Source: Vicugna vicugna (taxonomy: Eukaryota). Taken from it: a stretch of DNA of 64,000 bases. Location: assembly GCA_013265495.1 (NCBI GenBank), contig MU058844.1, positions 5,951,260-6,015,259 on the forward strand. The letters are read 5' to 3'. A program made the position numbers and the translations under genes. The notes under the pieces were generated by a model, which searched no databases, was not told where the DNA came from, and saw nothing but the letters and a program-made list of their open reading frames with translations. Of this stretch, positions 39,101 through 50,278 are shown piece by piece; position 1 is the first letter of the stretch, and the number at the start of each line of letters is the position of its first letter.

Positions 39101-40387
39101 GAGTTAATAATAGCCACGGCTACTCAGTGAAGAAATCTGACCTTTTATTTAAGACACAGGTATCGGGCCAACAACCAACAAGTCAGCTATTCAAATACCG
39201 TTGAATTAATTAAAAGCTTGGAGCCACCTATTGAAGCTGGATGACTAATCAGACATATGATGATATAAGTCCTACAGAAGCTTAGGAGTGCCATTTAAAA
39301 CTTTTTTTGAGAATCAAAAGAACATTGCCACTGTAGAATCTTAGAGCTAAAATGGAATCTCTGCTGCTGGGCTTTTCCTAAATTACTCAAGATTGCTATT
39401 TCTCCCATGCTCACAATCTTTTAGAGAGGTTATTTCAAAACCCAAGACACCTACATCCATTCTTTAAATGATTCTGAGAAAACACGCATCCATTCCAACT
39501 TTTAGATGTGATTTCCATCACCATGAGCAAACTTAAAGTAGGAAAGAACCCCCGAAGACATTCACTGGAATAAAAATCATAGTAATGACAATAACTCTAG
39601 AATTCAGTTTAATCATTTACTCTCCACTCACTTCTTTGAGATTTCCCACCTTTTGCTATAAACAGCTCTGTTCTTCATGGGGCCCTTTTGCCCCATCTTG
39701 ATTGTCCAAAGATTCTTGTTCAAGTTCAGATCCCACTCTTCTGGCCAGTTTTAATTATTGCTGCTTTCTTCTCTGTTGTCCAAACGAAACAGGTTCTCTA
39801 GCTTGTTATTTTTTTTTCTTAACGGAAAAGTGAGGTTTTGAGTAAATCAGATAAATCAGACTTTAACATGCTATGTAGTATATTTCCTCACAGATTACCA
39901 CGTAGATGGTGACAGATTGGCTCAGAGTCAATCACCTGTGCATAATTCATGATCTAGAACCTCAGCTCTGCTGTTTTTTCATGCAGGCCTTGGGGAAAAC
40001 TGGCTCTTCCCAGCACAGATGTGTATGATAATTACATATACCAGGAAGCCAATTTAGTCATTAAAATGTGAAGAGTAAACCCCTAGTAGCAAGCATACAA
40101 CACATCTGCACTAGACTATTTTTTGAAAAGAAAAAAAATCCTTTTAAACTTATATTTAATGAAAAACGAGAGCACATTATTACTAGTTTCTTCACTTCGC
40201 AGATCAAAAATCTGAGGCTCAGTCCAGTTAAGTAATTAATCCAAGATCTTTACTAAGAAGTGGCAGAACTATGACTTGGATCCCTGTCTATGAAGCTACA
40301 AAACTCATACTCTTAACCCTTCTACTTATATCAGCTACCCTTTTAATGACATCAGATGTTAGAAAAGCCTTGAATGTGGTCATCTGA

Positions 40388-40745
40388 AGTAGGGGTAGAG
40401 AGGGAGGGGTAATTGGAGGAAGGTGGTACAAACTTCCAGTTACAAGATAAATAAGTACTAGGGAGGTAATGTACAGCATGATGACTATAATTAACGCTGG
40501 TATATAATATATTTAAAGTTGTTAAGAGAGTAAACCCTAAGAGTTCTCATCACGAGGAAAAATAATTTTCTTTTTTGCTTTCTCTTTTTATTGTTTCTAT
40601 ATGAGATGACAGATGCTAGCTAAACTTACTGCAGTAATCATTTCACAATATATGTAAGTCAAACGATTATGCTGTACACCTTAAACGTATACAATGATGT
40701 ATGCCAATTATATCTCAATAAAACTGGAGAAAATCAATAAAAAAA
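40388..40745 (+). mobile_element. L1MA-type 3' UTR end
   Basis: acaaacttccagttacaagataaataagtactaggga...gctgtacaccttaaac...attatatctcaataaaactgg plus A tail. Confidence 0.85.
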
Positions 40746-43299
40746 GACTTCCTAATATGAAGAGAGGCTGGGTCTATGACTGAACTAGACCAAGAATTGA
40801 TACATTTATTTTTGTTTTATCTCCTTCAGAAACAGGCTTTTCTATCAGAATACGTGTTTTAACAGTGTTTAGCTTCTGATATAAACTCAATCACAGATCA
40901 AATAATCTTCATTTGATTGAGGAGAACATTCATTCATTCTTCTATTATCAAGTATAATGTACACTCATGTTGAATTTTCATGTTAATTTAAATACATAAG
41001 GAGATATACCTTTTCTATCTACTCTGGCTGAGTTTCATACTTACAGATGAGTGAAAGGACATTCTAACTACTATCAAAACACATTTCACATATTTTGTCT
41101 TTTAAGAAAGGTAGGGATTGTATAGAGAAGTAATTAACTATCTTTCTTCTATGAAGACTTCCTCTTGATTCAGGAAAGGACTGATGCAGGCTCAGAGTTT
41201 TTCAAAGCATAATTTCAAAAAACTGAAATGTATGAATTTCAGACAAACAGATAGTGGGAAAGTATCAAAGATTGATTTTAATGAAGAATTCAGCTGAATT
41301 ATAATACTGGTCCAAAAGAGGATAGGAAAGATTGCTATATATAGTTAGTGAATTAAAGAAAGAATGCTGACATAAAATTTAGATATAAATTTGGTTGGCG
41401 TTCCATGAGGCAATAAAGCTATAACCTTTTGAGTTATCTTCCTATTAGATAAAAATTATTGTATGGCTCCCAAACAAAACAAAAGTCATTTGCAACTTTC
41501 CTTTATTTATTTATTTATTTATTTTACAACTTTACGTCTAATTTCACAAGTCTTGGCCTAATCAGTTGTAAATAGTTATGTTTAAAAAAAATGCATTCTT
41601 CCAGAAGACTGGATAACCTTTGTGAAGAACTATTAGACAATGCTCCATTATATCATTGAAAAGACATGCAGTAATTAGTTTGCCTTTTTCTCAAGTTGAG
41701 ATAAATTTTTATATGACTCTCTACCCTGTGGGGGAGGGGGGAAGCTAGTATCTTGCCTAATACTATGTGTCAATATTTTGTGTGTAATATTTCAGTTAGT
41801 TCTCAAATGAGCACCAATAAGCACAATAAGCATAAGTCTTTTTATGAAACTCTGATTATTTCCTTATGAAAAATTATTATGAGAGCAAACTTGGATAAAA
41901 GAGTTTAAATATTTTGAAGGTTATTGACTTACATAGCCAAGTTCATTTCTATAAGGGATATGCCAACTTGTACACCTCATGTTGAGTAGAACACTCTGAC
42001 CATGACCCTATAGAGTTGAGCATCACCATTTCAAAAGTCAGGCAATTTAGCAGATGCAAAGTAAAATCTCATTTCAATTTACCCATACGATAACTGTTTA
42101 CTAGTGAAGCTGAGTTTTTGAAACACGGTCTTGTTATTTTCTTTTCAATTTGCTACTTATTTATTTTTCTATTTAGGTATTAGTGCCCATGTTTTTGATT
42201 CCTTTCAGCTTTTAATAGCTGAGGGACACTAACCCTTTGTGTTTAATTCTTACACATCAAAGAGCTTGTCATAAAAAGTATTAATAGAATATTTTATGTG
42301 AGGAATAATAACATCCTAAATGAGATTTATTTGTGCTAACTTGAAGCACAACATGATTATGCTCATAAAAAATGTAATGTTTCCTCTTGTTCCATTAAAA
42401 CTACTTTATTAAAAAATGCTTCATATGAAAACTACATATAAAAGTAATGTTAATAAGGGTGGAGAACCGAAACTGCAGGATACAGGGATATTTGTAAATG
42501 CAAAATTCTTTGCAAACTGACTGTAGTCATCATGTTAATAAGCAAAGAGTATAGCTTCAGGGGATTCTATTTTGAATAATTTAGAATAACTGGGCAATCT
42601 TCCATAATAGTTTGAATTATTTTTTGTGATGTGCTTGTAAAATAAAACCGAGAACTAAAACTAAAATATACCCAAGACTATGTTATTTCTGTTGCATGTA
42701 AAGTGTGTATGTATGTATGTGATATAAATTTACGTACACATATATACACACATATACATATATGTAAGTATATAAACATATAAAATGAAATATGTCATTA
42801 GTACTTACCACTTTCAGTATTTTAAAGTATTTCTCTGGTAACACAACCTCAGATCCATTTAAAAGATGACTATTTTTTAAAAAATTATCCTATCTTCCAG
42901 AAATAGAAAAAAGGTAACTGATTAGAGAATTGGCTATTGTAATGTTTTCCAATTTATAACAATTTGGGAATATATATGGTTTATATGTAATATTTATGCG
43001 CAACTACAAACAAGAAACGACAAGTTTGAAATCATGTTATTCAAAAATACATATATGTATACATACATATAGAACTGTGAATATACAATATACAGGACTA
43101 GAAAAAATTAGGATTGTAAGTGTTGGAAAAATGACTTCTTCTGGCTGTGTAGAATCCTGCATAAAACAGTGTACATAAAAAATTACAGAAATCTTTGAGA
43201 TTACTTTTTTGCTTTTGTTGGGGGGGAGGTGCTCCCAAAGAAAGTGTGAGCCTTTCACGTTCTTTGCTAAGGTCCAGAGATCCACTAGCTTAAGGTGTT

Positions 43300-44700
43300 A
43301 CTTGGAGCGAACCCACAGTCCTTAGATTTCTTTTCCTCCCCTCCCTCCCTCTGCCGCGTAAGCCAAACATGAGAAGCTTGGCGGGGTAGGGGCGAGAGGG
43401 AGAGCAGGCGGGAGGGGAGAGGCGCTGGAGGTGGGGGACGTTTTCCTGGAAAAAACGTCCTGGGAAAGTTCTGCCGGCCTCGCCCCCGGGCAGCGCTTTC
43501 CCACGGCGTGGGAGCCCCGCCCGCGCTGCGCCCGGCCGCCCGCACCCGCGTCCCCTCTCCCAGCTCTGCCCCGGCTGCCGCGGTCCCGGGTTCGAGCTCC
43601 CGCGGGACCAGATGATGTTCGCCCGCCCCTCGAACTTCACTGAACACCTCGACTTCCAGAAAGTCCTCCAGGCGCGTCCTCTTCCACTTTACTAGTCGAG
43701 GGGCGAGAGCAAGCAGTTGGCTCTTCCTTCAAACTCCCGGGGCCCAGAAGGCCCAAAGGTGGGGCGAAGTCGGGACCCAAGACCTTCTTGTTCCGACGCC
43801 AATGCGATGACCATTCAGCCCTGGAGCCCTTTGGTCCTTCGGGCCCTCCACCTTTTGGAAGACGCACTTAAAAGAGTGGAGGGAAGGAGTTCGGGCAGAC
43901 CTCTTAGGGTCATAAACTCGGGGGCTCAGAGCCCCTGGTGGCCTGTGAGTCCACCGTGATCTGGCCTCCAGCTTCGCTCCTCGACGTATTTTACAGCACG
44001 GACACCCCGGGCAGGGGATTTTTCTATCGAATCGGTAGGCAAAGAATTCTTGGCCCTCACTCCTGCCTGCCACGGTCAGATTACGTTTCACAGACTGGAG
44101 CCAGCTGGGAGGTGGGTGTATTTACTTTTAAACTTTTCTGTGCGTTCACTTCACCTTGTGTGGTTGGGTGTGGAGAGCGGGGAAGGGGGAGTTTCCAAAT
44201 AGAGTGGGAGTCCCATTCCGCGGGTATCACCATGCCTGCGGGGCAGGCAGTTCTTAAAGTTTAGCAAGTCTGCAAATAACTGTAGAGCACAATAGCGTCC
44301 CCCTCCCTTCCTCTCTCTCCCTCTCTTTTTTTCCTTTTCCTGCCTCCAGACGCCCTCTCGGAGGCTGAAGCTGGGCAGGTCTCCAAAGGTGCAGCAGCCA
44401 CAACAATCCCGCAGTTCAAAGTTAAGCAGCAGTTGCACAACGTCTAGCAACTCTCCTAGGCGGCTACTAACGAGCTGAAAGCCAGGAACATCTGAGGAGG
44501 TGAAGAGGAAGCTTCCAGTTCTCCTCCCTTCACCCCAGAAAGCCAGACATCCCCACCACCCACTCCCAGATAACTCTGAGACACGGTCCTGGCTGTTCGC
44601 TTGCCCGGCGGACCATGGCTCCCTTTGGAAGAAACTTGCTGAAGACTCGGCATAAAAACAGGTAAAGTCCCGCGTGTGTGTACTCGGGGGCTCCTGGGTG
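43300..44700. promoter_or_regulatory. RASSF9: CpG island / RASSF9 promoter and 5' UTR region
   Basis: Sharp rise in GC and CpG density (densest 43350-44060), GC boxes, directly upstream of and overlapping RASSF9 exon 1. Confidence 0.85.
44615..44661 (+). CDS. RASSF9: Ras association domain family member 9, coding exon 1 (MAPFGRNLLKTRHKNR)
   Basis: gaccATGG strong Kozak; 47 nt ending AACAG|gtaaag; matches the known RASSF9 N-terminus and splices in frame to 62237. Confidence 0.95.
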
Positions 44701-47700
44701 GAAGTATGTGTTTTGTTGCAGTTAGATGCTGATGAAAACTGCTCCTGGGGGGGGAACCACGTCCTCCCTTGGGAGTTGGGTCTTGTATTTATACTCAACT
44801 CGTGAGGATATTGTCCCAGCAAGGATGATGGCTGTGGCCAGTTCAAGGATCTCTGAAAATAAAACACGACTATTTTGACCCTCCCCCCTCTTTGGCCAGT
44901 TCTGGTTCCACAACTAGCATCACCCAAAACTTCTCTTTGTATTGCCTCGCCTATTTGAGAGTAGTGGGATGGCAAGTTTTATCTTGCTTCAGACAGAATT
45001 TTAGTACGTTATAGGAAGGGTTAAATGTTGATGAAGCTACAACTAGAATTCATTAACCACTAATTAGAACGAAAAATACAATTGCTGATACAATCCGGAA
45101 ACAGTGCTGGCTCCCCTTAGAGTGGGGCATTCCTGAAACCTGGAAAGTTCCCGAAGTGAAAATAGTCTGTAGAGAAACTTTTTGTGAACTCGTTCTTTCC
45201 AGAATCTTTGAGAACTTCAGGGGGTTTTAGGCACTAAAGAAGTATTCAAACAGCTGTCCTCTTTAATCCTTACTATTACTATTTTACTTTGATTTGCTAT
45301 TTCAAGCCTGCAGTGCCCATAGTGTAAATAAATGTATTACATACACACACACATATACACACATACACTTTTTTCTTGAGCTGGTATGTCTGTTTCAGTT
45401 CCATTAAACATTTTATTAACTCAAATGTTACATTTTTTGCCTAAAAAAAGTGAGGATCATTTTAGATAGGGGCTTTACTCTTTCAATATATTTATTTTGG
45501 CATAAGGGCTTTTCCACAGCTCTTCTCTCAGTCATGCCTGTTTGTACTTGTCATAATTTACTTAGTGTAAATTTAAAAGCACACAATTACATGGTAGGAA
45601 ATGATACAATTATTATAAATTGTCTGCATGATGATATAGAGGGGTACAACTTGAAAGTAAATCTCCAGACTTTATTTTGTGCATGAAAGTCTACTGGAAA
45701 ATTCTGTTATTACCTCATTCCAAATGTATTTGTGATTTAGTTGACTAAATTATCTTAAGAAACTAAAACATCGATAATCAATACTATCAAACTTCCATTT
45801 TATTTGCTAGTAATTTGACGGTATCACAAATATAGTATTTCTGATTTTATTCTGAAATTATCTGTATATTAAAATAAAGAAATGTCTGGGTATTCTTTAA
45901 AATACATAGTGATGATTATCAAAAATAGGTTTGTATTTTAGTGGTGTTGATGCATTAAAAAATATTTCAAAGAAAATTCTTACTGCTTTTTAATTGATTA
46001 TTCAGTGGCATTAATTTGAAGTATGTTTGTTTAAATGCTGTCAAAATATATAAAAAATTACTTTGGGAAAGTTTATGGTACGATACAGCACTTTACGTAT
46101 TTGGCATACTGATCTTTCTGAATACTACCCCACTAATTCAGGGGTTTTGTGTATTTGTGGGCATGTGTTTTAATTAATTGAAAAATTCTGTCATTGGTTT
46201 GCCAAATGACAGTGCAGTTAAACTGCATGCACCCCTGTGAATTTCCCTCAGGGAGGCACACATCCACTTTTGTTACTTCAATTGGCCACTGCAACTTCTA
46301 CTCTATTCATAAAACTAATTTTCATTCAAAGAGGTGAGTATACAAACATTTTTAATATGCATTTTCTGTGCAAAATTATGAAAAAGTGGAAGGAAATATT
46401 AAAAGGTGGGGAGTTTAATAGTATTTCAAGTTTCTCTGAGAAAATGGAATGGTGCTCCCGAAGGTGATGCTTTAATATGAGCAAGTGTTTTGGCGAAAGT
46501 GTTAATAGTGAGGTTATGCATAAGTTGCTATAAAAACTGAGTGCTTGCCTTTAAAGATTTGTATTTTTCCAGTCTTTAAGAAACACTTAAACCACAGAGG
46601 TGTCTGGGGACACAAAAATATGGGTATTTCAAACTAAGCAATAAACAAGCCGCATGAGTGTTGAAATAAAATTAATGCATATTTATTTTGTCAGGGTTTA
46701 GTATTGCTATAGATGAGATCTTTTTGTTTTGTCCATTTTCTTTTTTTACCTTCTCAAAGGTGAAACTACAGGTGAAACTTAGTTACATGATTAAGTTTAT
46801 CCATTTCATTTCCTGGGTTCTATAACGATTTAAATAATCCTCCTCCAAAATATACAAACCAAATAACTTTCCTTAAATGACAAGTGATTCATCCTTTGAT
46901 GGAAAATGTGACTGATGATAAAACAGTTATCTGATAACAGCCAATGCATTCCTCAAAAATATAGTGAAACATTCCTTGTAGAGTGTATAGGAAGAATTTC
47001 AGCAATGTATGTGTACCTTGTGATATAAAATTTAATACAGCTAAAAGAACTGCTTGAACCTAATTGTATCTTTGTCAGTAGTTTAAAAAAAATGAAGATT
47101 GTTAGAGGGAATATGAGAATTTTGAGATCTTAAAATTTTGAACTTCTTTGCATCCTATTCTCTTTTCATTTTTGTTCACTCTTATGACGATATTTAATCA
47201 CCCCAAATTGAACCTCCTAAGATAGTTCTGTTAAATAATTTCATAATGCACGAAACTTTGAGAGTTTTAGAGACAAATGGAAAGCAAATGAAACTGCAAA
47301 GTATGAGGCATAAAAACTTTGAGAAGACACATATTGTCAAGCTTGAAGAGGGCATGGCCATAGCTGTCCAGTCGCCACTGCGTTCATGCCCAGGACAGTG
47401 GGACAGTGCCTGGCATGTGATGGACCTAAATAATACAGTTGTTTATATAATTTCATAAACTAAAGTTATAATCATTATTTTTTCTCCATTCATCATCTAA
47501 TGTAAGCTGGTATTATATAAAAATGAGTGTAAAGAATTGGTTGATATTTGATATAATCCGAAACCCAAGGAGATAGACAAATAATTATATGTATTTGGAC
47601 ACCAACCTAATCCTACCGTACCAGAAAATCTTTTCTAAGTTTTAAGAAGCATTCAATTGAAAAATTTGGAAAATGGTCTTCAGGAAATTTGAGGATAATA

Positions 47701-50209
47701 CATGGTCTCAAAGTGATTTTATTTGAACATACGAACATTTTATGCTTTTCATTTCTAACTTTCATGTAAATAAAAGAAATAGAGCCAAACTAAAACTCTA
47801 TGCTTACAATCAGATTAAATTGTTAAGTTTTCTAATTATAGTAACATTTAATAGGAAGAGTACAGTGTTCAGAGACCTTTTGGTCTCAGAAGATTGTTTA
47901 CTTTGGTTCCCTAATGACAATATTCTGTGACTGAATCCCAATTTTTTGTTCACTTGAAGAATAAAAATGTTGGGGAGTTTAGATATTTTTCTTTAAATAA
48001 ACTATTCAAGTTTCGGAAAATGTTTTCTAAAAGTCACTAGGTGACTGCTTGTTTCTCATAGAAAATCCAAAGAAACAAATAATTAAGTATGAATTCACTT
48101 GATATTCATTATGGATATTCAATACTTGTATTTAGATTATTAACATAATCAAGTACTCATATAAATTCCATCTGTGAATGTGATTATATTATGTCTTATT
48201 TTCAAGATATTGATTATTTTAAAAGCCAGTGCTTCTAAACAGCTGTCACCAACTTTTAAAAAGTTCAGAAAAGTGGAATCTCATTATAAAGCTTTTTGGG
48301 ATAGTTGGTTGTAGGTTATGACTGTGCTTTAATTAATAAAATTTCGGGGTAAAGAATCAGTTGGATCTTTTCCTACACCTTACTAGAAGCAAAAAATTGC
48401 TATAGTGAAGCCGTACGTATCTCATGTTTGTCAGAAATATACAATTAGAATAGTTCTTTCAGGTGATTCACTGAAAATTAACAATGACTATGAAAGGACC
48501 TAATTTAGTTAATAAGACCTTTATAATTATTGTTAGGTGATTTCAGTCAGCTCCTGGCTTTCCTTTGGCTTTCCCTCTACCTACATCACAGGTGGTAACA
48601 TTGTCACAAGATCAGCTTGAGATTAAAAATCTCCCAAAATGTATTTGTAATAAAGTTCTTAGAAGTAAATAATACAAACAATACAATTTATTGTTTTATA
48701 GTCGACACATAAAATTTGTATTAAAATTTGCTTTTGAATCAGTTAGAACGGACTTCACCACATTTTTTTTAAACCAGGTGCTTTCTCTTGCTCCCATAAG
48801 TACTTCATGCCAGGAACACTTCATTAGAAGAAAGAACTAAGTTTTGCGGTTAGGGTAAAAGTTGCTGGCAAGATGGATGTTTTGTCTTTGTAATTAGAGG
48901 TATGGTTATTTATGAATTCTGCAGAACAGGAAGTTATCACGCACTGTTTTGTCTAACCTCCAGTAAATATTTGAAACATCCCCAAAATCAGATTGAGAAA
49001 TGCCAGATATTTGAGTATATACATCTTCATGGTTTCCAGGTGTTCCTGAAAGAGATTTCCCTTGATGATACCTGGTAACGTAAGTAGTTATTACTTGGCA
49101 GCCAGACAGCCCATTAGGAACAATGACTGGAATGCTCTATGCCTGGCAAAAATAGCCCGGGAGCAGTGACAGTGGTGTAATCGAGCTCTAGGTTAAATCT
49201 TGAATTATTACTCTAACAACTGTATGCCAACCTGAAAGTCACCACCTAAGATGTTTTATTAGGTACTGTATCAATTCATGAAACATGTCAAGGTGAAGAT
49301 CTTAAACCTTTTGAAAAAAGTTTTAAAAATTTTGTTGCCAGTTAACAATTTTCATTACAGAACCTCTATTTAGCTGGACTGTCTGACTTAGAAAGTTTTG
49401 CTGTTGTTTGATTGGTATGTAGTTCAGGAGATCTGTTAACAGCTCTAAGCAATTCATGAAAGTGTAGCTCTCTTCTTTTGATTTTAGTTCTAAAAATGGA
49501 AGGAAGTTGGAGTAGAATATTACCTCTTCCAGGTGTACGTAGATAGCGGTCCTGGACACGGAATCTCTTTGTCTCTGGCATATTGGCTTTCTAAAATGAG
49601 GCAGCCTGTTTTCTGTACCATGTCCATGGGAGAGGACACATCCTTCTGTGTTCTGATGTTCTTTAATGTATATTTACATCAGAAGTTTTTAAAGACATCC
49701 CTTTGGCAAGGCACACACAACACATACAACATTGATTTCTTAAGAGTCAGTTATTTGTGTTTCTTTTTTTTAGTAGATTGTGATTTAATTCTTGTAGTGC
49801 CTTTTGTAATACTACACCTTCTGGAGAGAGTTTGCATCTTTGTTGATTGTAATTTAAAGCAATTGCTGATGTGAACGGTCACCCAAAGGCAAAGTAATTA
49901 CTTTATATGAATGGAATAGAGTCTTGGGGAGATGTTTCGCTCTGGCAGCAAGATATTTCAAGAATAAGAATGATCAGTGGGTAGTAAATATGCTGATAAA
50001 CAAGGCAGATTATTCTCAAAGGTTTATACCTGCAGGTTAGAATGCCCTCTGCTTTTATAAGTAAAGTGACTTGAGATATCTATAAAAAATTCTCATTGCG
50101 TACAGGCTCAGTGAGAGCAGAGACCTTGCTGTACTTACTTTGTTCTTTTCTAGATAACCAGTTGAGGAGGTACTCAATAAATATTTGTTGTTTGAATAAA
50201 TGAATTCAA

Positions 50210-50278
50210 ATGCTGTACACCGGAAACTGACACAACACTGTAAACTGACTATACTTCAGTACAAATATATATTTAAAA
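50210..50278 (+). mobile_element. About 70-bp L1 3' tip with 12-bp TSD
   Basis: atgctgtacaccggaaactgacacaacactgtaaactgactatacttc resembles the L1 end at 35144-35182; AAATGAATTCAA on both sides. Confidence 0.85.

Noticed and set aside
43991..44005. TTACAGCACGGACAC resembling a REST/RE1 site
   Set aside because: The half-sites are collapsed and the right half lacks GCGCC; a poor match.
43285..44264. Multiple overlapping 60-120 aa Gly/Pro/Arg-rich ORFs
   Set aside because: Typical CpG-island artefacts on both strands, low complexity, no recognisable homology.
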